Of a stretch of DNA of 64,000 nucleotides, positions 46,571 through 55,094 are shown one piece after another (positions within the stretch are counted from its first letter, which is position 1; every line of letters begins with the position of its first letter). The DNA comes from Minisyncoccota bacterium (GTDB taxonomy: Bacteria; Patescibacteriota; Minisyncoccia; Phycocordibacterales; UBA9973): assembly GCA_018061145.1 (NCBI GenBank), contig JAGOUR010000001.1, forward strand, positions 875-64,874. The letters run 5' to 3'. The translations under genes and the position numbers were made by a program. The notes beneath the pieces were generated by a model. That model was not told where the DNA came from, searched no databases, and saw only the letters and a list, made by a program, of their open reading frames with translations.

Positions 46571-47320
46571 TTATCTCAGAGCAAATTTATTATGGTTTGG
46601 CACAAATGAATATTGGTAACCGATGAAAAATTCCACCTTACCTTCATACACCTTACCTGTACCAACTACAAAATTTGACCTCCATTTTGATAAATCAATA
46701 CCCCCTTGAAAAAGAAAGTAGTCATGACCTTCTCTAATTCGAGCAGATGACTGAAAAATAATACCAACACCTTTTCTAACCCAAATAGGATTAGTTAAAA
46801 AGCTGTAGGTTGCTTCGATACCACCAATGCGATGCTCGGCTGATCCAACCACTGAGTAATTGCAACCAATGTTGAAATTCAGAAAAGGCTTTCTGAACCA
46901 TGCAATATCTTGCATGTATAATTTCAACCCACTTTGAACATGATTTGCTCCAGGATGAATCCCGAAAAGATCATTTTCAAATGAAAAGGAGGCATGTAGT
47001 GGTCCAAAAATTTTTGGATCTACAGTAAAAGAGTAATCCTTAAAGCCATGGGTAAAGTTGTACTCAGCGAACCAAGTACACCTAGTTTGAATGAGGTCAA
47101 ATTTAACCAATCCATTAGTGTTTACCATGAACTGATGGCCATCTGGCGAATAAGCAAATTCTCCTTCGGCTATTTTTAGCCACGGGAATTTTGGATGCCC
47201 ATCAGAATGATGTTCAGTATCTGGAGGAATAGAGTCAAAGTGACGATCTTCGTCATCTTGAGCTGATAGATTTAGCGCTCCAAGCGCCAAAACTGCAAAG
47301 AGTAAATTTTTAATGTGCAT
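46571..47320 (-). CDS. Secreted hypothetical protein, beta-strand-rich (possible barrel/porin-like)
   Basis: Signal peptide (LLFAVLALGALNLSA), alternating aromatic/hydrophobic pattern, acidic His-rich N-terminal segment. Confidence 0.3.
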   Translation of the reverse strand: MHIKNLLFAVLALGALNLSAQDDEDRHFDSIPPDTEHHSDGHPKFPWLKIAEGEFAYSPDGHQFMVNTNGLVKFDLIQTRCTWFAEYNFTHGFKDYSFTVDPKIFGPLHASFSFENDLFGIHPGANHVQSGLKLYMQDIAWFRKPFLNFNIGCNYSVVGSAEHRIGGIEATYSFLTNPIWVRKGVGIIFQSSARIREGHDYFLFQGGIDLSKWRSNFVVGTGKVYEGKVEFFIGYQYSFVPNHNKFALR

Positions 47321-47429
47321 ATGTGTTGTTTGGTTTTATAGAACCTTATGTGGTTCATCAGATCTAGTAAAACCAAACAACTCTCCATTTGACAACTTAA
47401 CTTTCTTGTATTATAACATAATCCCACAG

Positions 47430-47461
47430 AAAAAGCAAGCCCCCACCGGATGGTGGGGGCT
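47430..47461 (-). terminator. Terminator after rplU
   Basis: gcccccacc-ggat-ggtgggggc with an A/T-run. Confidence 0.8.
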
Positions 47462-47478
47462 TTGCCTTGTGAGTGTGA

Positions 47479-47796
47479 TTATTTTATAGCTGAGATCTTC
47501 ACTTCTGTAAATTCTTGTCTGTGACCGTTTCTCTTTAGGTATCGGCTCTTTTGCTTGTATTTAACAACCTTTACTGTCTTACCTTTACCATTCTTTTGGA
47601 ATAGAGCTTCTACTTTTGCACCCTTTATGTATGGGGCACCGATTGTAGTATCTGCACCATTGTCCACTAGTAGTACATTTTCAAATAATACCTTGTCACC
47701 AAGGTTAAATTCTCCAGCCAATTTCTCGACTTTAAGAACATCGCCTACAGCGACTTTATATTGCTTTCCACCTGTTTCAATTACTGCAAATTCCAT
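47479..47796 (-). CDS. rplU: 50S ribosomal protein L21
   Basis: MEFAVIETGGKQYKV N-terminus. Confidence 0.9.
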   Translation of the reverse strand: MEFAVIETGGKQYKVAVGDVLKVEKLAGEFNLGDKVLFENVLLVDNGADTTIGAPYIKGAKVEALFQKNGKGKTVKVVKYKQKSRYLKRNGHRQEFTEVKISAIK

Positions 47797-47855
47797 AGTT
47801 CACATATAATACACAAAAGTTTTGAAAAATGCAAGGGGGGCGGTATAATATCCAT

Positions 47856-48659
47856 ATGATTTCAAAATACACCTATAAAGGACTCACTTGGATAGACCTA
47901 GTAAACCCCACAAATGGCGAGGTTGACCATATAAATGAAGACTACAATATTCCCTCGGTTTTTGCCAAAGAATTACTCAATAACGACCCAGAGATAGGAA
48001 TAACAGGCCAAGAAGACATTGTCGAGGTAGTATTAAACTTCCCAAAAATCAAAAATCACAAGAATAATACAATCGATCAAAAGATAGTATTCCTCGTGGG
48101 GCACAATTTTATAATTACCTCGCACGAGCACCAGATAGACACACTCACCCAATTTTCAAAGAAGCTAGAGGTAAAGCTGTCCCTGGAACAGCCACTCCCG
48201 GTATCGAATGCTAGTCTCGTGTATTTTTCTATTGTTAAAACACTAATCAGTAGCAATACGGACGATCAAAAAGAAATCGAGATACAGATTGAGAACATAC
48301 AGAAAAAGCATCAAAAACATTCAAAGAAGCTGATCAGCCAGATAATGAATCTTAAAAAGGTACTGATTGATTTTAAATACAATACAGAGATACAAAAAAA
48401 TATGTTGTCGTATTTTGATTACTACGCAGAGAGCTTTTTCAAGATAGACACTAGGAGATATACAAATGAGATGGCTGTAGAGTATTCAAAATTAGAGAGC
48501 ATTATAAATATGCAATCATGCACTATCGACAACATCTCAAATATGATAAATATAGCGATGGACAAGCGTATCTATAGATTGATATTTGTCTTTTCATTTT
48601 TTGCAATCCTAGCATTATCAGCTATATTGATATTGCGTATAACTGCAATTAACTTCTAA
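47856..48659 (+). CDS. CorA-like divalent cation transporter homologue (divergent, no GMN motif)
   Basis: N-terminal GLTWIDLVNPTNGE resembles the CorA WIDLxNPTxEE. Single C-terminal TM. ATG 7 nt after a TATAAT. The longer ORF starts at 47829. Confidence 0.35.
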   Translation: MISKYTYKGLTWIDLVNPTNGEVDHINEDYNIPSVFAKELLNNDPEIGITGQEDIVEVVLNFPKIKNHKNNTIDQKIVFLVGHNFIITSHEHQIDTLTQFSKKLEVKLSLEQPLPVSNASLVYFSIVKTLISSNTDDQKEIEIQIENIQKKHQKHSKKLISQIMNLKKVLIDFKYNTEIQKNMLSYFDYYAESFFKIDTRRYTNEMAVEYSKLESIINMQSCTIDNISNMINIAMDKRIYRLIFVFSFFAILALSAILILRITAINF

Positions 48660-48663
48660 CTAT

Positions 48664-50034
48664 ATGCCACTAAAATTAAAAAACACACTAACTAAGACAG
48701 AAGAAGTTTTCGAGCCTATCAATAAAGACTCTGTATCTTTGTATACTTGTGGACCCACAGTCTACAATTATCCCCACATAGGAAACTACCGTGCCTATAT
48801 CTTTGGCGACATATTAAAGCGTACACTTTCATATCTAGGCTACAATGTGAAGCACATCATGAACATCACAGATATAGACGACAAGACTATCCGTGATTCC
48901 ATAGCCGAGGGCAAGACTCTGGCAGAATTCACAGAATTCTACACACAGGAATTTTACAAAGATATCGAAGCAATCCATATCGTACGTGCAGAAAAATACA
49001 CAAAGGCTACAGATTACATCGATGAGATGGTCAAGATGATAGAGACTCTGATTGAGAAAGGTTTTGCATACAAGGGAGACGACGGGTCTGTGTATTTTGA
49101 CATCGCAAAGGATACCGAGTACGGAAAACTATCTCACTTTACCCTCTCTGATTTAAAAGAGAATGCAAAGGGTCGCATGTCTGCTGATGAATACGACAAA
49201 GAAAATGCCCAAGATTTCGCATTATGGAAAGCTTGGGATGAGAATGATGGTGAAGTATTCTGGGAGACCAGTCTAGGAAAAGGACGCCCTGGCTGGCACA
49301 TAGAATGCTCTGCGATGAGTATAGCCGAGCTCGGTGACCATATCGATATCCATACCGGTGGAGTCGACAATATGTTCCCCCACCATGAAAATGAAATCGC
49401 TCAGTCAGAATGCGCCACAGGACACCAATTTGTAAAATACTGGATGCACAATGAGCACCTGATGGTAGATGGCAAGAAGATGAGTAAATCAGCTGGCAAT
49501 TTCTATACCCTCCGTGATATTGAAAAGCTTGGTATCACACCTATGGCGTATCGTTATTGGCTCTATATGGGCAATTACGACACGAAAGTGAACTTTACGA
49601 TCGAAGCTGTGTCTGGCGCACAAACTGCCCTAGAACGCCTTTATACTGCATATAGAGATTTAGGAGATAATTCGGAAGTCGGACTTCCGAATATGGATTA
49701 CAAGACAAAATTCACCGAATTTATCAGTGACAATCTAAATACTCCAAAAGCTTTAGCCTTAGTGTGGGAATTGGTAAAAGATGAAAGTGTGTCCCCTATG
49801 GATAAAAAAGCTACCTTACTTGATTTTGATAAAGTCCTCGGTTTTGGATTTGAAAATATAAAAGAAGAGACAGATATAGAGATACCATCTGAAATATCAA
49901 AATTGGCAGAGACTCGTACGCAGGCTCGCAATGAAAAGAATTGGTCCGAGAGTGACAAACTCCGCGACCAGATCAAAGATCTCGGCTACGAAATCAAAGA
50001 CACAGACACAGGATACAAAATCTCAAAAATATAA
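48664..50034 (+). CDS. cysS: Cysteine--tRNA ligase
   Basis: CGPTVYNYPHIGNYR (HIGH) and KMSKSAGN. Confidence 0.9.
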   Translation: MPLKLKNTLTKTEEVFEPINKDSVSLYTCGPTVYNYPHIGNYRAYIFGDILKRTLSYLGYNVKHIMNITDIDDKTIRDSIAEGKTLAEFTEFYTQEFYKDIEAIHIVRAEKYTKATDYIDEMVKMIETLIEKGFAYKGDDGSVYFDIAKDTEYGKLSHFTLSDLKENAKGRMSADEYDKENAQDFALWKAWDENDGEVFWETSLGKGRPGWHIECSAMSIAELGDHIDIHTGGVDNMFPHHENEIAQSECATGHQFVKYWMHNEHLMVDGKKMSKSAGNFYTLRDIEKLGITPMAYRYWLYMGNYDTKVNFTIEAVSGAQTALERLYTAYRDLGDNSEVGLPNMDYKTKFTEFISDNLNTPKALALVWELVKDESVSPMDKKATLLDFDKVLGFGFENIKEETDIEIPSEISKLAETRTQARNEKNWSESDKLRDQIKDLGYEIKDTDTGYKISKI

Positions 50035-50178
50035 TAAGTATAATATTACGATATGTCAATGTTGACATTGAGTGAAAAATATTGATATTCTTTTACTAAG
50101 AGTAGTTTTTTGACAATTTTTCTAAAACACCCCGTTAAAGGACGGGAAAGCTTGTATGCAAGTAAAAAAGTTACAGTT

Positions 50179-50352
50179 ATGGCAAATTCAAAACAAAAAC
50201 AAGCACCTACAAGAGTTATTACTCTCTGTGGGTCACAGGGCTGTTGCCCTACAGTATCCTTTTTTAAAAAAGGTATTGTAATCAAGGATGATTTTGGTGG
50301 TTCAGTAAAACTCACCAGAAAACAATTTATGGCAATGTTAAAAACAAGGTAA
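50179..50352 (+). CDS. Small Cys-cluster peptide, candidate RiPP (sactipeptide-like) precursor
   Basis: 57 aa: MANSKQKQAPTRVITLCGSQGCCPTVSFFKKGIVIKDDFGGSVKLTRKQFMAMLKTR. Followed by a terminator and then a radical SAM/SPASM gene. The longer ORF 50110-50352 starts at a TTG. Confidence 0.35.
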   Translation: MANSKQKQAPTRVITLCGSQGCCPTVSFFKKGIVIKDDFGGSVKLTRKQFMAMLKTR

Positions 50353-50365
50353 TTGCCGCCAACCA

Positions 50366-50406
50366 AAAAAGCGTGGATTGATTTTTATTAATTCACGCTT
50401 TTTTTA
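50366..50406 (+). terminator. Terminator/attenuator between the small peptide gene and the radical SAM gene
   Basis: aaaagcgtg-18 nt loop-cacgctttt plus T-run. Confidence 0.65.
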
Positions 50407-50430
50407 AAGAAAATTAAACCCAAAAAAAAT

Positions 50431-51762
50431 ATGAATGCGATAAAATTTTCTCGTTTTCTTAAATTTTATGAGAACGAAGAATCTGTTGGAATTTTTCATC
50501 AGATTAACCCTGATCCAATTGTTTTGAAGAAGAGTAACTGGGAATCTTTCAAAAAAGACCCATCTTCTTACCCTAGATTAAAAAAAATATTTACAGAAAG
50601 AGGACTAATTATTAAAGACGATTTCGAGGATGAAAAATTGATTAATGAATCAAAGATGGAACTCATTAATAGATTGAATGATCCGAAGATTTTGTATTTA
50701 ATGACAGCCCAACACTGTAATATTAAATGTGACTACTGCCCTATCCCAGAGATTGCAAAAAATAAAGGTAACAATCTTTTATCCAAAGAAAATGCAATTA
50801 TGGGTCTAGAATTATGGTTTAATCATATTAAATCCACAAATTACACTGGACCACTCTGGCTTATTTTTTATGGAGGTGAACCGTTGTTAAATTTCACAGT
50901 AATTAAAGAAGTTGTTGACTACCTACAAGAAAAAAAACAGAGAGTGATCTTTCCAAACATTAACATAATGATTGCAACAAATGGATTACTGATTAACGAA
51001 GAGATTATGTTTTTTTTCAAAAAGTACAATTTTTTTGTTAGTATTGGAATTGATGGATTTACCCCAGAAACAAATTCCAAAAGGTTAAACTCTGCCGAAA
51101 ATGACACCTCATTTAACTTAATAAGCAAAATTAAAACGATGTCAGATATGGGAATTACGATTGGAGCATCAGTTAGCATTACAGAAGATAATTTGAATGA
51201 AATTAAAAATTTCTCAACTAAGTTAAATGAAATTGGCGTAACTGATTTTGGTTTTAATTTTTTAAAAGGTAAAGCACTCGAAAATCTTAAAATATCCAAT
51301 GGAGAGTATTTCAAAAGAGCAAGTAATGCAATTATTGAAAACTATCAAATGTCGGAGGGAAAATCTATAGATGCTCAGATTAATCGTAAAATTAATTCCT
51401 ACAATGACAACTTACCCTTCCCAGCAGACTGCACATGCTATGGCAATCAAATAGTAATACAGGCTGATGGTTACATTACGAATTGCCCATTTTACAGAAA
51501 TGACATTAAGCACATTTCTGAGGTTGATAAGAACTTTCTTATTCACGAAACAAAAGAGGTGCAAGACTGGAGAAATCGTCTACCACTTTTAAATGATAAA
51601 TATTTAAAAGAATCATCTATGAGTCTATGTGGTGGTGGATGTACCTGGAGTCAATTAGATCAAAATAAAGAAATGCTAACAATAGATGAAAATCAGTTTA
51701 TTTTTAGTGAAATAACTTTAAAATATTTAATCTTTAAAACACAAGAGGAGGAATTAATATGA
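50431..51762 (+). CDS. Radical SAM enzyme with C-terminal SPASM domain (peptide-modifying maturase type)
   Basis: CNIKCDYC (CxxxCxxC), GGEPLL, and C-terminal CTCYGN...NCP...CGGGC cysteine cluster. An 85-aa N-terminal extension could be a RiPP recognition element. Confidence 0.75.
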   Translation: MNAIKFSRFLKFYENEESVGIFHQINPDPIVLKKSNWESFKKDPSSYPRLKKIFTERGLIIKDDFEDEKLINESKMELINRLNDPKILYLMTAQHCNIKCDYCPIPEIAKNKGNNLLSKENAIMGLELWFNHIKSTNYTGPLWLIFYGGEPLLNFTVIKEVVDYLQEKKQRVIFPNINIMIATNGLLINEEIMFFFKKYNFFVSIGIDGFTPETNSKRLNSAENDTSFNLISKIKTMSDMGITIGASVSITEDNLNEIKNFSTKLNEIGVTDFGFNFLKGKALENLKISNGEYFKRASNAIIENYQMSEGKSIDAQINRKINSYNDNLPFPADCTCYGNQIVIQADGYITNCPFYRNDIKHISEVDKNFLIHETKEVQDWRNRLPLLNDKYLKESSMSLCGGGCTWSQLDQNKEMLTIDENQFIFSEITLKYLIFKTQEEELI

Positions 51763-52562
51763 GAGATATTAACTGCGCAATTATCGGTGGATCTGGTTTG
51801 TACGAATTAGACAATTTTAATATTGTCAAAAAAATACCAATGAATACACCTTATGGTAGTCCATCAGATGAGATTACAATCTACGAGGATGGTGGGAAAA
51901 AATTTGCTTTTATTCCCCGTCACAACAAGGACCACACAATCCCTCCGCACAAAATACCCTACAAGGCTAATATTTACGCCCTAAACAAACTAGGAGTTAA
52001 AAATATTTACTCAACATGCATTGCTGGTAGCCTTAAGAAAAGTATTCTACCTGGAAGTTTTGTGATTATTGATCAAATTGTGGACTTTACCTGGGGAAGA
52101 GATGATTACTTTGAAGTTGATAAAAACTTTAAGCATATTGCATTTGCTTCACCTTTCTGTTCTCATTTGAAAGATCAAGTAATAAAGGCATGCAAAAAGC
52201 AAGGAGTAAAATCTAAAAATAAAGGTACAGCCGTAATTATTCAAGGGCCTCGCTTTTCAACATTAGCGGAAAGTCTTTTTTACATGAGCAATGGATGGGA
52301 TATCATAAACATGACACAATACCCAGAAGCTTATTTTGCTCGAGAGTTTGGAATGTGCTACTCAACACTTGCAATGATTACAGATTACAACCCGGGTGTT
52401 TTAGAAAAATTTCAGATGAAAAGAAAAAATGCTGATAGTATTAAGAAAATACTAAATAATAGCATTGATTCTTGTAAAAGTATTTTACACTTACTAGTTC
52501 AAGATGACCAAAACCATAAATGCACTGAGTGCTATTTTGAGTCCTATCTTGAAAAACTTTAG
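51759..52562 (+). CDS. mtnP: S-methyl-5'-thioadenosine/5'-deoxyadenosine phosphorylase (PNP/MTAP family)
   Basis: AIIGGSGL and TPYGSPSD motifs. The start overlaps the radical SAM stop (ATGA). GAGGAGG Shine-Dalgarno 7 nt upstream. Confidence 0.7.
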   Translation: MRDINCAIIGGSGLYELDNFNIVKKIPMNTPYGSPSDEITIYEDGGKKFAFIPRHNKDHTIPPHKIPYKANIYALNKLGVKNIYSTCIAGSLKKSILPGSFVIIDQIVDFTWGRDDYFEVDKNFKHIAFASPFCSHLKDQVIKACKKQGVKSKNKGTAVIIQGPRFSTLAESLFYMSNGWDIINMTQYPEAYFAREFGMCYSTLAMITDYNPGVLEKFQMKRKNADSIKKILNNSIDSCKSILHLLVQDDQNHKCTECYFESYLEKL

Positions 52563-52568
52563 AAAGAG

Positions 52569-52595
52569 GCCCTTGCTGATGCAGGGGCTTTTTTA
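52569..52595 (+). terminator. Rho-independent terminator
   Basis: gcccttgc-tgat-gcaggggc plus T6 run. Confidence 0.75.
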
Positions 52596-52608
52596 ATATA
52601 ATCAAAGG

Positions 52609-53370
52609 ATGAGATCAAATCAAAAAATTAGTGAGGTTTTTAAAAAAATAGAACAGTCTAATAAAGCTTTGGGGCTAGTTCTTTATGGGTCAAAATCAGA
52701 CAATACTGAAAATAAATTTAGTGATTATGACATTTTGGTTGTTTTACCAAATGAAAACAATAAAATAGATTCATCTTTTACTTACATAGAAGGAATCCCG
52801 ACCGATATATTTTATTGCACAAAAGATGAGTTGATTTCAATACCCACTGTAATAATTGCAAATACAAAAGAAGATTGGCTCGTCAGCTGGATTCAGAATG
52901 GTAAAATTATATTTGAAAATGAAAATGTTTTTAAAAGTATTAAAAATAAAGTGATAAAACGGGTATTCACTCCTGAAAATCTAAATAACTGTATATACAA
53001 AATAAATCATAATTTCATACAAGATTCTAGATATTTCAAAATGCGAGGTAAAAAATTTAGAGAGATCTATAGAATAAAATTTACACATAGTATCAATAAT
53101 ATTCTATATTCATTCTTTTGTATAGAAAAAATACCTTGGCGTGGTGAAAAGTGGGCTGTTTTACTCATGGAAGTAAAGTATAAAAAATTTTACAAACAAT
53201 ATACGAGCTGCTTAAATGAAAAGAGTGAGGAAATACAATTTAGTAAGTACAAAAAGATTGTGGAAGATATTACATTACCATTTGGTGGTATTTGGTCAGA
53301 TGAAATTTTTGCTGACTATGTAAACAAGAAAAGTGATGAAAATAGTATATTAAAAAGTATTATTAAATAA
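52609..53370 (+). CDS. Pol-beta superfamily nucleotidyltransferase, ANT(4')/Lnu-like
   Basis: LGLVLYGSKSDNTENKFSDYDILVV (GS-x10-DxD) N-terminal nucleotidyltransferase domain plus a C-terminal helical domain. 253 aa, as in kanamycin nucleotidyltransferase. Confidence 0.5.
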   Translation: MRSNQKISEVFKKIEQSNKALGLVLYGSKSDNTENKFSDYDILVVLPNENNKIDSSFTYIEGIPTDIFYCTKDELISIPTVIIANTKEDWLVSWIQNGKIIFENENVFKSIKNKVIKRVFTPENLNNCIYKINHNFIQDSRYFKMRGKKFREIYRIKFTHSINNILYSFFCIEKIPWRGEKWAVLLMEVKYKKFYKQYTSCLNEKSEEIQFSKYKKIVEDITLPFGGIWSDEIFADYVNKKSDENSILKSIIK

Positions 53371-53404
53371 CAAAATCCACCAGTAAATTCTGGTGGATTT
53401 TAAA
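53371..53404. terminator. Bidirectional terminator
   Basis: aaaatccaccag-taaattc-tggtggatttt. Confidence 0.8.
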
Positions 53405-53411
53405 ATTATAC

Positions 53412-55091
53412 TTATTTCACAGCGTCCAATTCTATAAAGAACGTAGAACCTTTACCCATACCTTCTGAATTCACCCCTACGTGACCCTTGTGTGCATCTA
53501 CAATCTCTTTTGCTAGATATAGACCGAGTCCTGATCCACTAGTGTTCATGCGAGCACCCTCGCCACGAGCAAATTTCTGGAATAGTGTAGCTTTGATTTC
53601 TGGGGATACTCCCATACCAGTATCTTTTATCTCTACGAGAACCTTATTGTCTTTATTAGATAAAGTTACTTCAATACTACCCTGTTTTGTATATTTAATA
53701 GAATTATCGATCAGGTTTAGTACCACCTGGCGGAGCTTTTCTTTGTCTCCATGAACTTTGTGATTATTCCCATCTTCACTATAAGTCAATTTCAATCCCT
53801 TCTTGCCTGCCGTAATAGACAGGTCTTCGGATGTAGTCTTTACTATCTCTGTCATACTGAAATCCACCATCACATACTTCATTCCACCAGATTCAATTTT
53901 GGACACATTGAGCAAGTCCTCTACGACAAGGGTCAGATTTTGACTAGATTGGAATATTCTATCCACTGCTTCTTTTGCTTTTGGTCCAATCTCTCCAAAG
54001 TCACCCTCGACTACCATAGATGCATAACCCTTTATAGCCGTGAGCGGTGATCGGAGCTGATGTGAAGCCAGTGAAAGGAACTCTGTTTTTAACTTATCAA
54101 CATTTATTAATTTTGCATTTGATTCTTCGAGCTTGATATTTGATTCTTCGAGTCTGAGCTTTGAAGACTCCAGCTGTACAGACAATTGCTCGATACGCAC
54201 ACGCTGATCACTCTCCTTCTTTAGATTTCTGTATAGGATGATAGACAACCCTAGTGTCAGAGCTACAGTTACAATAGTCAACAATGTATCTGCACCTCCA
54301 TTGATAAAGAATAATTGCCCACCCATGAGAATAACAAGTCCTCCTACTAAATAGTGAGTACCCAGCATGTTGAAGTGAAATATATCCAGTTCAAATACAG
54401 CATAGATAATAGCGATAAGGAAAAGAGGCATAGCAAACAAACTATACAGATTGTATTCATATACACCCGTAACAGACGCTATGTATTCTGTAATTCCAAA
54501 AATAGACAAGAACAAGAATATAGATCCTAGAACGATTAAATCTGCTTTTTTATCTTCCTTGGGTTGATCAATAAAAAATGCTCTGATCATATAGCCCGAT
54601 ATTGTAAGACCAACGAGACCCTCAATTACAAGCTTGTAGATATCTAAAGTATTATTATTTAATGCTTCACAAAATGAGTGATCAAAACCAGTAACGGAAT
54701 TATTTGTAATTGTAATCACAAAAGGTACTACAAGAGCTAATATAAATAATATTTTTGTATACTTATGTATATCTCTTTCGTAAATAAAAGTAAGCACAAA
54801 ATAGAGAGACAGCAAAAAGAAAACAATCTCAATATAAGGCAAAACAGACCAGAAAGAATAAACAAGGTCGTAATTTGTTGATGTCCAAATAACAACATCT
54901 CCAATAAGCCAAACACAGAAAGAGAAAATAAATGCTAAAAATAGCTTAGAAAATAAGTTAAATTTAGCTTTAAATAATATAAATAAAGACAAAGACAAAG
55001 ATAGCAATATTGGAACTATGTGTGAGTATTTTGCCAAAAGCTCAAGACTTCCCCCAGTCACACTTGTACAAGTATTAATTATTTCATTCAT
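53412..55091 (-). CDS. Membrane-bound sensor histidine kinase
   Basis: About 8 N-terminal TM helices, coiled coil, H-box LSLASHQLRSPLTAI, HATPase_c (GMGVS..., GSGLGL). Confidence 0.8.
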   Translation of the reverse strand: MNEIINTCTSVTGGSLELLAKYSHIVPILLSLSLSLFILFKAKFNLFSKLFLAFIFSFCVWLIGDVVIWTSTNYDLVYSFWSVLPYIEIVFFLLSLYFVLTFIYERDIHKYTKILFILALVVPFVITITNNSVTGFDHSFCEALNNNTLDIYKLVIEGLVGLTISGYMIRAFFIDQPKEDKKADLIVLGSIFLFLSIFGITEYIASVTGVYEYNLYSLFAMPLFLIAIIYAVFELDIFHFNMLGTHYLVGGLVILMGGQLFFINGGADTLLTIVTVALTLGLSIILYRNLKKESDQRVRIEQLSVQLESSKLRLEESNIKLEESNAKLINVDKLKTEFLSLASHQLRSPLTAIKGYASMVVEGDFGEIGPKAKEAVDRIFQSSQNLTLVVEDLLNVSKIESGGMKYVMVDFSMTEIVKTTSEDLSITAGKKGLKLTYSEDGNNHKVHGDKEKLRQVVLNLIDNSIKYTKQGSIEVTLSNKDNKVLVEIKDTGMGVSPEIKATLFQKFARGEGARMNTSGSGLGLYLAKEIVDAHKGHVGVNSEGMGKGSTFFIELDAVK

Positions 55092-55094
55092 ATT

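Noticed and set aside
50121-50150. CCCCGTTAAAGGACGGG hairpin upstream of the candidate precursor peptide, superficially like the two element termini (CCCGTTA / ACGGG) joined together.
   Set aside because: Only 5-6 nt match each terminus and the ATGAA flanks are absent. It is probably an unrelated small hairpin.
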